From a virus: DNA of 64,000 nt. Made by a program: the position numbers and the translations under genes. The notes below the pieces were generated by a model. That model worked only from the letters and a program-made list of their open reading frames with translations, was not told the origin of the DNA and did no database searches. This document shows positions 46,416-56,068 of this stretch, one piece after another. Position 1 is the first letter of the stretch. Each line of letters begins with the position of its first letter. Location of the stretch: the IMG/VR virus record IMGVR_UViG_3300045988_184127, one strand, 5' to 3'.

Positions 46416-49136
46416 ATGACGCTGAACGACTTGTCAAGCGAACAACAGGAATTCGTACATTTGGCATTGTCGGGAAAAAACGTATTGTGTGACGCCTGCA
46501 TTGGCAGCGGAAAGACATCGACCATCAACGTGCTCTGTGATGCGTACCCTCCAGAACGGCGTATCCTGTACTTGACCTATAACCGATTACTCAAACTTGA
46601 CGCCAAAGACAAAATCAAAAATCATAATGTCTTGGTCCAGAACTATCACGGATTTGCAAGCCTGCTGCTGAACAAAAAGGGAATCCGAAATTGCGGGCAG
46701 GGTGAACAGCTCGCTATGGTATTGGAAAAGAAAATTCCGATTCCGCCGATTGATACTCTTATCATTGACGAGTATCAGGATATCAATGACGAGATTGCGG
46801 AACTACTCAAATATATCCGTTCTCAGAATCCGAGCCTTCAAATCGTCGCAGTGGGCGATATGAAGCAGAAAATCTACGATGATACAGCGTTGGATGTCTG
46901 GACATTCATGCAGGATTTCCTCGGCCGCCATGAACAAGTGATTTTCACAAAGTGTTTCCGTATTTCCCATGACTTGGCAGAACGGCTTGGCAATATCTGG
47001 GGGAAGACCATCGACGGCGTAAATAGCTCCTGTATCGTGGAACAGATGTCGGTCGATGAAGTGATAGAGTTCCTGAATAAGCAGAACCCCAAAAATGTCC
47101 TTTGCCTGGGTGCTCGAATTGGAGCCATGACGAAGGTGCTCAACGACTTGGAAAATCGACCGGGGAACCTCTATGACAAGCATCATGTCTATGCAAGTAT
47201 CGCAGACAATGATGGGAATAAGGCAGTAGCACCCTCCTCGGATGTTGGTATCTTCACGACTTTTGACGGCAGCAAAGGTATGGAGCGGCCTATCTGCGTT
47301 GTGTTTGATTTCACGGAAGAATACTGGTCGTCTCGCACAAGCAAACCGATGGCACGATATGAGATTCTTCGAAATTTGTTTTGTGTCGCAGCAAGCCGTG
47401 GAAAGCAGCGAATCATTTTCGTAAACTCAGACCATCCGTTGAGCGATAAATCTCTGATGACCCCAACTGAAACTCTTCGCGGATTTCCGCATCCGTTCGC
47501 ATTCTCTGAGATGTTTGACCATAAATTCATCGAGGATGTAGATGCCTGCTATAAGCTGTTGGAAGTCGCACCGATTGAACGTAATGATACCACGTCCATT
47601 GATATCCAGACGGCAGATGCAATGATTGATTTGTCTCCCTGCATCAGCATCTACATGCAGGCAGGATTCTTTAATTCCTACGATATAGATGACGCACTTG
47701 CGTATTACATGGACCTGCATAAAGACATGCAGTATTTGAAAATCAAGAAGGGTGCAACGGTCGAGGATAAGGTTCTACTGCTCACAGCACTCGAAACGAA
47801 TCAGTGCAGGTATGTAAAACAGGTCAAGCCTCCTTTTGTGAACGCAAAAGCCAAAATGTCGCTCAGTATGCGGCTTGGAACCGTGTTCACTCCCGATGAA
47901 TATGTTCAGGCACGTGGCGATATCGACATTCATACTAAGGACCATAAAGTAATTTATACCTCGGGCCTTGCGGATGTCGTAAAGAATAATACCGTCTACT
48001 GCATCAAGTTTATCAGCAGCCTGGCACATAAGCATTTTCTGCAGTGTGCGTGTTCCATGATGGCATTGGGGTTGCCGTATGGCGTTGTCTGGAACGTCAA
48101 AAGTAACCTGATGTACAGCGTAAAAATCAAGGATATAGACGCTCTGATTGACGCAATTACCAAGTGCATTACGAAACGGGTTTATGATAGCGCAGATGAC
48201 TACACCTGCAGGAAAGGTTTTGTACAGGATACCGCGTCGATTATCGACCGATGGACTGACGACGGATATGCGGAAGAGCCCACCACTATCACTTCCGGCG
48301 ACGGTATTGCCATCATCAAGCAAGGAAGCCGCTATTTTGTGATGGACGGAGCACGTCGAAACACCCTGAACGATAATTTCGGGATGGGCTTTGCCGATGT
48401 AAAAGATGCTTGCCTTGCTTATGCAAAGAGTTGTGAACTCCAGAAAATCGTGGACCATGATTCTCCTTATTCCGAAGTCGAATTCTGGCTCGACCAGAAC
48501 AAGGCGTTTGAGGAATACATGACGCAAGTAAGCCATGAAATCGAACAGCACAAGGAAGGACCGTATGCAAAGTATAAGTCTTTCGCTGCTCCCGCTGTCC
48601 GAAAGATGCTGGCCGAAAAGGGACTGACCATCATGTTCCCGGAAAAGGTCCTCATCAAGGTCTGGAAGATGCGCCGTGTCGAAGATGCCATGTATCAGAA
48701 AATTGAAGAAGCAAAGAAGCAGAACAGCTCCAATGTACCGCTTGATGAGGCGTTCTTTGACTCTGAACTGGTGGATTCCGTTGAGGGAAGCATCGAAAGC
48801 GCCAAGGCAAAATCCAAGCCCAAAAAGGAATCCGCATTACCGTTTTCCAAGTACTGCGCAGATGAGAAGAAGAGCTATCGTGTCGTGAAAAGCGATGAAC
48901 TCTCAAAGCCCAACCAGCCCCGTTATGTTGTGGTCGAGACCGCTACTGATAAGGTCCTGGACAATGCTAACGGATATGGCTACCTTTCCTATCAGGCTGC
49001 CTGGAAAGGGTATTCGTACAAGAGCAAGCATCATCTGGACGGCACGAAGAAACCGATAAGTAAGAGTGCAAAAGAGCAGGCAAAGAAAAAGGCGGCTTTC
49101 TTTTCGACTGACTCAGAGCAGCTCAGCTTTGGCTGA
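46416..49136 (+). CDS. UvrD/Rep-like SF1 helicase core (N-terminal ~370 aa) fused to ~540-aa uncharacterised C-terminal region
   Basis: LNDLSSEQQEFV...VLCDACIGSGKTSTI (Walker A / motif I), LIIDEYQDIND (motif II DExQD), FTTFDGSKGMERPICVV (motif V/VI-like); start at MTLNDLS with AGGAGA RBS; C-terminal part has weak GDIDIH...K nuclease-like stretch (unverified). Confidence 0.7.
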   Translation: MTLNDLSSEQQEFVHLALSGKNVLCDACIGSGKTSTINVLCDAYPPERRILYLTYNRLLKLDAKDKIKNHNVLVQNYHGFASLLLNKKGIRNCGQGEQLAMVLEKKIPIPPIDTLIIDEYQDINDEIAELLKYIRSQNPSLQIVAVGDMKQKIYDDTALDVWTFMQDFLGRHEQVIFTKCFRISHDLAERLGNIWGKTIDGVNSSCIVEQMSVDEVIEFLNKQNPKNVLCLGARIGAMTKVLNDLENRPGNLYDKHHVYASIADNDGNKAVAPSSDVGIFTTFDGSKGMERPICVVFDFTEEYWSSRTSKPMARYEILRNLFCVAASRGKQRIIFVNSDHPLSDKSLMTPTETLRGFPHPFAFSEMFDHKFIEDVDACYKLLEVAPIERNDTTSIDIQTADAMIDLSPCISIYMQAGFFNSYDIDDALAYYMDLHKDMQYLKIKKGATVEDKVLLLTALETNQCRYVKQVKPPFVNAKAKMSLSMRLGTVFTPDEYVQARGDIDIHTKDHKVIYTSGLADVVKNNTVYCIKFISSLAHKHFLQCACSMMALGLPYGVVWNVKSNLMYSVKIKDIDALIDAITKCITKRVYDSADDYTCRKGFVQDTASIIDRWTDDGYAEEPTTITSGDGIAIIKQGSRYFVMDGARRNTLNDNFGMGFADVKDACLAYAKSCELQKIVDHDSPYSEVEFWLDQNKAFEEYMTQVSHEIEQHKEGPYAKYKSFAAPAVRKMLAEKGLTIMFPEKVLIKVWKMRRVEDAMYQKIEEAKKQNSSNVPLDEAFFDSELVDSVEGSIESAKAKSKPKKESALPFSKYCADEKKSYRVVKSDELSKPNQPRYVVVETATDKVLDNANGYGYLSYQAAWKGYSYKSKHHLDGTKKPISKSAKEQAKKKAAFFSTDSEQLSFG

Positions 49137-49183
49137 TTCAGAAAATCAACAACAGATTTCACGATTAAAAGGAGGAAGAAATC

Positions 49184-49957
49184 ATGGCAGCCAAAAAGGA
49201 TAAGATGATTCCGTCTGAGAAAGAACGGAAAAGAGCACTGAAATATGCGACCCCGGCAGGTACGGGTCGGATGTGGGTAGCAATGGGAATCGCCTTTATA
49301 ATTTTCGGCATTATCTTGCTGCTGATTCCAATTGGCCTTGTTATCTCGGAGGCATCAGCGCAGAGATACGACCCCGAAAGCATCCATACAGCAACACTTG
49401 TATTCTATCTGCTTGGCGCATTTTTTGGTTTCTGCGGATGTTTATGCGTTATCTTTGGTAAGCTTGCCGTCAAAGCATTTGCGAAAATACTGTGCAAGGG
49501 TGAAATTAACTATCCGGTAGCGGAATACAAAACACCTAAGAAACTGCTGCTTCAAGAGGCAGCAGCTATCAACCAGAGTCCTAATGCTCCATTGACAGCT
49601 TCCACATTCGGGAACTGGATTGATTTTGAAGCCGATTGGCAAAACTGCCTTTCCATTCATAATGGCATCTTGCAGAGTCATCAGATTTTCAAAAAACTGA
49701 TTCTTGTACAAGACAATTTTACTTACAAAGAGCTGGACTACGAGAATAACTCGGAGCTCGGCGTCGGAGTCAAAACATTCGCCGCAGGAAGCACAACGAC
49801 CATCGGCAAAATGAAAGGCCACAAGCTCATTTATAATATCGGCATGAATCTTTCCAATGGCAAACTGGGAGTTAACAGCTATTCCATCGATACATTGGAC
49901 GTTACGAATGAAGTACATAAATGGTTAGCTGACCACGGATACACCCGCACAGACTAA
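49184..49957 (+). CDS. membrane protein (2 TM) hypothetical
   Basis: 257 aa; two hydrophobic helices near N-terminus. Confidence 0.45.
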   Translation: MAAKKDKMIPSEKERKRALKYATPAGTGRMWVAMGIAFIIFGIILLLIPIGLVISEASAQRYDPESIHTATLVFYLLGAFFGFCGCLCVIFGKLAVKAFAKILCKGEINYPVAEYKTPKKLLLQEAAAINQSPNAPLTASTFGNWIDFEADWQNCLSIHNGILQSHQIFKKLILVQDNFTYKELDYENNSELGVGVKTFAAGSTTTIGKMKGHKLIYNIGMNLSNGKLGVNSYSIDTLDVTNEVHKWLADHGYTRTD

Positions 49958-49975
49958 GAAATAGCTTTGTTCGTT

Positions 49976-50114
49976 GTCGATACTTCCGGCTCGATGCGCG
50001 GAGAACCTATCAATGCACTGAAAACGGCCATGATTAACACCATCCAGTATATCAATGACGACAACTATATCGGCATCCTCGATGAGTTGCTGGATATTCT
50101 TAACGATAAATAAT
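49976..50114 (+). pseudogene. duplicated internal fragment of vWA gene (MIDAS region) - gene remnant
   Basis: ~113 nt ~88% identical to 23270-23385; in-frame translation FVVDTSGSMRGEPINALKTAMINTIQYINDDNYIGI then novel tail and stop; no start codon or RBS. Confidence 0.55.
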
Positions 50115-50117
50115 TGA

Positions 50118-50160
50118 TTTTTACACCTCCGATGTTACGGCATCGGAGGTTTTGTTTTTT
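50118..50160 (+). terminator. rho-independent terminator
   Basis: cctccgatgttacggcatcggagg + ttttgtttttt. Confidence 0.65.
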
Positions 50161-50170
50161 GGAGGATACT

Positions 50171-51991
50171 ATGAGCAAGGGAATGCGTACAGAGGATGAG
50201 GTTCGTGACAGCGCCAAGCTGGTTCTTGGCTTCGATAAGACCGAAGATGGAGTGCAACAGGGAACAGGGCAAATCACCACCTTCAACCAGCTGGGATTCC
50301 GTGGATGTAATGATAAACCGGATGGCTGGTATCTGCCGGATGACGCCAGCAAACCCGCCATCATTCTGGAGACGAAATCAGAAGCAGAAGGCGTTTCCAA
50401 GGAAAAACATGTCAAGGAACTGTTCAAGAACATCGATGTAGTTGCCAAGAAATACTCCAAGACCATCGGTATTCTTTATAGCGGCAGTGCAATCCGCGTG
50501 TTCAAGAGCAAAATCGAGCTGTCTGATGCGTCCAAGCGCTTAGAGGATAAGAACTACTATATCCGTCTGTGTACGAGCCAGAAACTCGACAGCAACTACA
50601 CCTTCGAAATCACGCAGAAAATCAACAACAGTCTGCATTTCAAGTTCGGCATGACGGACTTGCAGGACCGGATGATTTTCACGGCTTGCGCCCTTGTCGC
50701 CCAGCGTTACAACCCTCAGAACGGTCTTCAAAAACTGAAAGACATGGATTACAGCACCTTCCATAACTGGATTTACAGTGCCCTGTCTAAGGCTCTGGAA
50801 GATGATAAGAAGCAGAATAGCAAGCTGGATGTGCTCTTGGAGGAGTATGCCTCTGTCCGTATGTCTATTACGGAGAATCAGGAAGCTATCAACGATTTCA
50901 TCGACAATGTCTGCCAGATTGCCGACCTCGTCAATTCCGATAACTGGAATGGCGAAGATGTCATGGCTATTTTCTTCAACGAGTTTAACCGCTACCGTGG
51001 TAAGGCTCAGGCAGGACAGGTGTTTACCCCTGACCATATTGCATCCTTTATGTACCGACTCATTGATGTGAATATGAATGACCGGGTTCTGGATGCCACC
51101 TGTGGTTCCGGCACCTTCCTCGTAAAGAGCATGTGCAATATGATTCGTGAGGCTGGCGGCAGCAACACCAGCAAGGCAAAGCAAATCAAGTCTGAGCAGT
51201 TGTTTGGTATCGAGATGTACCGGAAAGTCTACGCTCTGGCATGCGCAAACATGATGATTCACAAGGATGGAAAGACCAACCTTGTGCAGATGGATGCCAC
51301 TTCGGCTGAGGCGACTGAATGGATTCGGAAACAGAAAATCACCAAGGTCCTGATGAACCCGCCCTACGAGAGACGGTATGGTTGTGCAACAATCGTTGGC
51401 AATGTGTTGGACAGCGTCCCTGCAGGTACAAAGTGTGCCCTCATTCTCCCGGATAAGAAGATGGAGAAGGAATCCAAGCTGAAAGCCTTGCTGGAACGGC
51501 ATACTCTGACTACTATCATCAAGCTGCCTGAGAACCTTTTCTTCGGTCTGGGCGTTACTACTTCTATCTTCATCTTCGAGACTGGCAAGCCTCAGAATGG
51601 GCGCAACATCAAGGGTTACTATGTAGCTGATGACGGTCTGGAGACAGTCAAGAACAAGGGTCGCCAGGATGTACATGATAAGTGGCCTGCGCTGGAAGAT
51701 TACTGGGTCAAGGCAATTCAGGATGACAACGATGACCGCTACAACACTCGCCAGCTTATCAATCCGGCTGAACACCTGTCCTATCAGATGCCGGAGAAGC
51801 CTTTTGAATTGTACGAGGAAGATTTCATCAAAACGGTGATGGACTACGAGATGTACAAGCGTGGCATCAACGCCAAGGAGTTCGGGGACAAACTGCTGCA
51901 GAAGGTGCTCTACGGTTCGACTGTTACCGGCACGGAGGAAGGCACAAACATTCTGGTAGAGAAGGGAGAGGACAATAATGGGGAAGATTGA
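50171..51991 (+). CDS. hsdM: N6-adenine DNA methyltransferase, Type I HsdM-like (gamma-class)
   Basis: VLDATCGSGTFLV (motif I, AdoMet binding) and VLMNPPYE (motif IV NPPY); translationally coupled to downstream S-like gene; 606 aa. Confidence 0.7.
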   Translation: MSKGMRTEDEVRDSAKLVLGFDKTEDGVQQGTGQITTFNQLGFRGCNDKPDGWYLPDDASKPAIILETKSEAEGVSKEKHVKELFKNIDVVAKKYSKTIGILYSGSAIRVFKSKIELSDASKRLEDKNYYIRLCTSQKLDSNYTFEITQKINNSLHFKFGMTDLQDRMIFTACALVAQRYNPQNGLQKLKDMDYSTFHNWIYSALSKALEDDKKQNSKLDVLLEEYASVRMSITENQEAINDFIDNVCQIADLVNSDNWNGEDVMAIFFNEFNRYRGKAQAGQVFTPDHIASFMYRLIDVNMNDRVLDATCGSGTFLVKSMCNMIREAGGSNTSKAKQIKSEQLFGIEMYRKVYALACANMMIHKDGKTNLVQMDATSAEATEWIRKQKITKVLMNPPYERRYGCATIVGNVLDSVPAGTKCALILPDKKMEKESKLKALLERHTLTTIIKLPENLFFGLGVTTSIFIFETGKPQNGRNIKGYYVADDGLETVKNKGRQDVHDKWPALEDYWVKAIQDDNDDRYNTRQLINPAEHLSYQMPEKPFELYEEDFIKTVMDYEMYKRGINAKEFGDKLLQKVLYGSTVTGTEEGTNILVEKGEDNNGED

Positions 51992-53045
51992 TACTTCCGG
52001 GTGGAAGGAGTTCCGGGTAGGGGATTTGTTCGATATTCATCCAACCAAGGCATACAAATGTACGAACGCTGAATTACTGGACGGAGGAGGCACCAATGTT
52101 GTTGTAAACTCTGCGTATGATAATGGAATTGGTGGAACGAGTACATTTAGCCCTACAGAAAACGGTAACATGATTACTTTCAGTGATACCGTGGACGCAA
52201 ACACCATCTTCTATCAGAAAAGTCCGTTTGTTGGGTATCCTCATGTACAGGGATTATACCCTGTTGGCAAGTATCAAAATGCTTGGACACAGGAAAGTCT
52301 ACAGTATTTTGTGACAGCTTTTCGGGAACGCGCGTTAGCAGTTGGATTTGATTACGGAAACAAGTTTCGGAGGGATATTGCTGCAAATCTGTTTGTAAAA
52401 CTCCCCTCCACCCCTGACGGTGACCCCGACTGGGCTTATATGGAATCCTACATGGCAGACCTTGAAGCTAAAGTCGCCGAGTCGCTGACTCTGCTGCAGG
52501 CTGCGAAGGATGCGGAAAAGAAAAAGGTGGATACGAGGGAGTGGGGAGAGTTCCGGGTGGGGGAGTTGTTTGATATCAAGCGCCCTGCAGCGAGAAGCGA
52601 AAAGAAATATTGCGAGGGCGAAATCAATTATGTATCGTCAGGAGCATTTAACAATGGCGTTGCTAACAAATTGATGCCATTGCCTAATGAATTACTTGAC
52701 CGGGGTGGATGTATAACGGTTAGTCCATTGGACGGTTCGTCTTTTTATCAAGAAGAGGATTTCCTCGGGAGAGGTGGCTCAGGAGCATCAATTTCAATTT
52801 TGTATAACAGCCACTTAAACAGAAATAACGCTCTTTTCATCTGTTCAGTTATTCGTAGTTCTGCAAACGGATTTGGCTATACAGATTTGTTAAATGGCGA
52901 GAATCTAAAATCTCTCACAATTAAGCTTCCCATGGACAAGACCGGTCAGCCTGATTGGGGGTATATGGAGGAGTATATGAGGAAGGTAGAAGAACGGGTG
53001 AAGGCGACGATGGGGAAATTGGAGAAGAAATGTTATGTTTCTTGA
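51978..53045 (+). CDS. hsdS: Type I restriction-modification specificity (HsdS-like) subunit with two target-recognition halves
   Basis: Duplicated conserved blocks GWKEFRVGDLFDI and EWGEFRVGELFDIK plus DPDWAYMESYMADLE / QPDWGYMEEYMRKVEE coiled-coil spacers; ATG overlaps hsdM stop. Confidence 0.65.
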   Translation: MGKIDTSGWKEFRVGDLFDIHPTKAYKCTNAELLDGGGTNVVVNSAYDNGIGGTSTFSPTENGNMITFSDTVDANTIFYQKSPFVGYPHVQGLYPVGKYQNAWTQESLQYFVTAFRERALAVGFDYGNKFRRDIAANLFVKLPSTPDGDPDWAYMESYMADLEAKVAESLTLLQAAKDAEKKKVDTREWGEFRVGELFDIKRPAARSEKKYCEGEINYVSSGAFNNGVANKLMPLPNELLDRGGCITVSPLDGSSFYQEEDFLGRGGSGASISILYNSHLNRNNALFICSVIRSSANGFGYTDLLNGENLKSLTIKLPMDKTGQPDWGYMEEYMRKVEERVKATMGKLEKKCYVS

Positions 53046-53283
53046 TAAGGAAGAGGATATTATTGGATATCTTACATGCGAATTAAAAAAAGCGACGCCC
53101 TTGTTGTACAACGGAAATTCCTTTAACAAAAAAGTGCTTCGTTGGATAAAGAATATTGAAGTATTCAAAAACAACAGTGGGCATGATGCCTTACCACCCG
53201 ACTTTTACTCAGATGAATTTAGCTGTATGTTCGATGCTATGCGCATAAATGACTCGGAAAAGAAAAAAACTATAACCCTGTGA
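53035..53283 (+). CDS. hypothetical protein (AT-rich islet)
   Basis: 82 aa ORF overlapping hsdS stop; low GC. Confidence 0.3.
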   Translation: MFLDKEEDIIGYLTCELKKATPLLYNGNSFNKKVLRWIKNIEVFKNNSGHDALPPDFYSDEFSCMFDAMRINDSEKKKTITL

Positions 53284-53795
53284 AAATTCGAGAGCGCGTT
53301 ATCGAAAAAGAATTGAAGGATGCGGGGGTCCTCCAGCCTCACATGAAACTGATAGTAAATTCTGAAAGCGATGACCTCCAAGAACACACATACGAACAAT
53401 ATAAAAATAACTGTGGAAGAGTATTAAAACAACATATAACAAAAATTGATATATGGAAAAAAGAGCATCCAACAATTCAATATAAGGGCTTACTTGTGTG
53501 TGATGAAACCGAGTGTTATTTCGAAGGTAAAGCCGTGTACATGGGAGACAGGTCATTTACTTTTTGGGGAAGCAAAAGCACTTTAGAATTGCATAAACCA
53601 TGGATGGATTCTAACTTTGTAGAGAAAGTGTATGATTCGAAATTGGATTTCGTTATATGGTTTTCCCCATACAAGCCACACAGTATTTTACTTCAAAAAT
53701 ATAAAATGACTTATCCAAGTGTTGTGATTCTTGATACAAGATACAAGAGAACGGACTTTGAAAGATACGATACTGAATACTTGTCATCGATGTGA
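53280..53795 (+). CDS. hypothetical protein (AT-rich islet)
   Basis: 171 aa ORF, low GC, codon usage distinct from neighbours. Confidence 0.35.
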   Translation: MKIRERVIEKELKDAGVLQPHMKLIVNSESDDLQEHTYEQYKNNCGRVLKQHITKIDIWKKEHPTIQYKGLLVCDETECYFEGKAVYMGDRSFTFWGSKSTLELHKPWMDSNFVEKVYDSKLDFVIWFSPYKPHSILLQKYKMTYPSVVILDTRYKRTDFERYDTEYLSSM

Positions 53796-53949
53796 TACAA
53801 GTGTTTTAGCCACAGCTTATTCTTGCAATATATTCCATATAAAACGTAAGGGTGTGGTACAAAGAAATGTACTGGATTTTTTAGAAACCTCGACACATAT
53901 CAAGAGTTTGTACATGAAGAAATTATTACAACTAATGGAGGATTACATT

Positions 53950-54525
53950 ATGAACAATCAACCCGCAACACTTTTAACGTTTAAAAGGAAGTTTTCAAAA
54001 ACTACAATCAGTGCAAAAGAGTTGAATGATGCCATTATTACAATAGGAAGCGAGTTATACAGTATGAGAACTGATAGCGCTCTCCTTTATCAAGAGCTGG
54101 TTCTTTTAAAGGTAAAGTTTCCGGAGGGTGAGGCTGATGGAATTGTGTTTGGCTCGGTAGATGATTTCCTTGCAAAAATAATTGAAACCTCAACCGCAAT
54201 GTTTTCTGCAATCATAACAGTTGTTCTTACAGCTGGTGCAACAACAAACCAGCTCGACTTTATGCAAGCGGTCAAAATAGCATGTAAGACTTTTGGGGTA
54301 TCTATAATCGTAATTGGCATCTTTATAGTAGCAAAGAAGCTGATAGCAACAGTGACAAAAGCAAGACCCGTAACAGCGGCTTTTAATACCTCGTTTCGTC
54401 TGCCACTTATACAAACAATATCATACATGCTTATACATCAAAGTGAAATGAATAATATTGATGAAACAGAGCTTCTTGCTATTCTGCGAAGAAATATAGT
54501 CACACAAGCGGAAGAAAAGCAATGA
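53950..54525 (+). CDS. hypothetical membrane protein (AT-rich islet)
   Basis: Start at MNNQPATLL with GGAGG RBS; TM-rich C-terminal half. Confidence 0.35.
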   Translation: MNNQPATLLTFKRKFSKTTISAKELNDAIITIGSELYSMRTDSALLYQELVLLKVKFPEGEADGIVFGSVDDFLAKIIETSTAMFSAIITVVLTAGATTNQLDFMQAVKIACKTFGVSIIVIGIFIVAKKLIATVTKARPVTAAFNTSFRLPLIQTISYMLIHQSEMNNIDETELLAILRRNIVTQAEEKQ

Positions 54526-54643
54526 TATCAAACAGATGTTAATAATAAACTATACACAATTAGCAAGATGAAAAACAATGCTTAATATGAAGAAAACCAT
54601 CCACTAGAACGCTCACAGAAATGAAGCTACTTACTCCTGAACT

Positions 54644-54988
54644 ATGACCACCGTCACCCACAAGACCATCGTGGTCTTCATCCCGGCACTCGATGTCGAG
54701 GTGGATGTCCAGCGTAACCCTGATGCATCCGTCCAGAACGGTTCTGTCCCCGAAGTAGGAGATATTGCTACTGTGAAAGTAGTGCTTGATGGCGGTGATT
54801 ATGCTGCCACCGCTGCCACATTCGTACCCCAGCAGGACAACCGGGAAGACATCCCCGTCACAGATGACGACCTTCTTTTGCTTAATGACGACGAGGAAGC
54901 AGAGGAATGCGACTGGTACAACGAGTCTCTCGCAAACGGTTTTGACAACTTGGAGATTAACCGAATCATTGATATTGGCCTTGCGTAA
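54644..54988 (+). CDS. acidic hypothetical protein
   Basis: 114 aa, Asp/Glu-rich. Confidence 0.3.
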   Translation: MTTVTHKTIVVFIPALDVEVDVQRNPDASVQNGSVPEVGDIATVKVVLDGGDYAATAATFVPQQDNREDIPVTDDDLLLLNDDEEAEECDWYNESLANGFDNLEINRIIDIGLA

Positions 54989-55032
54989 TTTGTAAAGTGT
55001 GGTATAATAAAACTATCACAACAGGTTCTGAA

Positions 55033-55085
55033 CCTCCCATCGTAATCAGTAGCATGCTGACTACGGTGGGAGGCTTTTTGTTTTT
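55033..55085 (+). terminator. rho-independent terminator
   Basis: cctcccatcgtaatcagtagcatgctgactacggtgggagg + ctttttgttttt. Confidence 0.65.
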
Positions 55086-55102
55086 AAGGAGTGAAATAAG
55101 TC

Positions 55103-55933
55103 ATGAAACAAACCACATCAAAACAGCATTATCTGCCAAGATATAGAATCAAATGGTTTCTTCGTCCAAATAACCAGTTTTTCGTCTATGGAAACGGTCG
55201 AAACCGGCATGTAAGAGATAGAGAAACAGGAAAGAATGACAGCTTTTTTGGCGTACAGAAAGACACTTATGAGTTACAGAGTGACTCATGGTACAACTAC
55301 AAAAATCGAATTGAAACCAATTTACTGGCCAATGATGTTGAACCTGAAGACTCCAAAAAAATCGATGCATTTATAAACAACATCGAATCTAATAAAGGCG
55401 TTTCATTAGATGCTACTGAGTGGATGGGAGAATATGCCTCAAGAATGTTATATCGTTCTCCCGCGTATATGAAAGAAATCAAATCATTACCGCTATCAAA
55501 TGACCCCGTAGCATATTGCGCATTTATGAGTTTCACACAGAAAGGTGAACACCCACATCTTACACCGCAAGAATGGGCGATTGCGAAAAGGCGTCTGGGT
55601 TTATATAGTGATGGTACAGTTGTACTAAAAAATCCGCACAATACATTTCTTCTTCCGGATTCCGGACTTGGAATTTGTATTTATGGGAACTCAATGTTTC
55701 TGCTAACGCCATTAACCCCATCGATTTGCGCAATCACATCCAAAGGCCCATGTCCCATTCTAAGACGAATGAATGGAACAGTTGTTGGTGCAACGGTAGA
55801 CCAAGTGTCTACAATTAACAAATGCTTGTTTTTTTGTAGTAACAATGAAGTTGCTTCCTTTTATAAATTGAATAAGTCGTATATTGATGACTTGAAAAAC
55901 TGGTTGAAGGGTAACGAGAACAACGCTAGATGA
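55103..55933 (+). CDS. DUF4238-like protein
   Basis: N-terminal KQHYLPRYRIKWF matches the H-Y-h-P-x-F-Y-L..F start of DUF4238 family; 276 aa. Confidence 0.4.
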   Translation: MKQTTSKQHYLPRYRIKWFLRPNNQFFVYGNGRNRHVRDRETGKNDSFFGVQKDTYELQSDSWYNYKNRIETNLLANDVEPEDSKKIDAFINNIESNKGVSLDATEWMGEYASRMLYRSPAYMKEIKSLPLSNDPVAYCAFMSFTQKGEHPHLTPQEWAIAKRRLGLYSDGTVVLKNPHNTFLLPDSGLGICIYGNSMFLLTPLTPSICAITSKGPCPILRRMNGTVVGATVDQVSTINKCLFFCSNNEVASFYKLNKSYIDDLKNWLKGNENNAR

Positions 55934-56068
55934 GACATTGTCTGCATACCAGTGTTTAGATGGGGTTGATACAGGATTGCTAAAATCATCGCAGCATGGT
56001 ATAATATACTCATTATAAAATCAGTACCAACAACCCAAACAAATCCCATCACGAAAGGAGCCAATACC

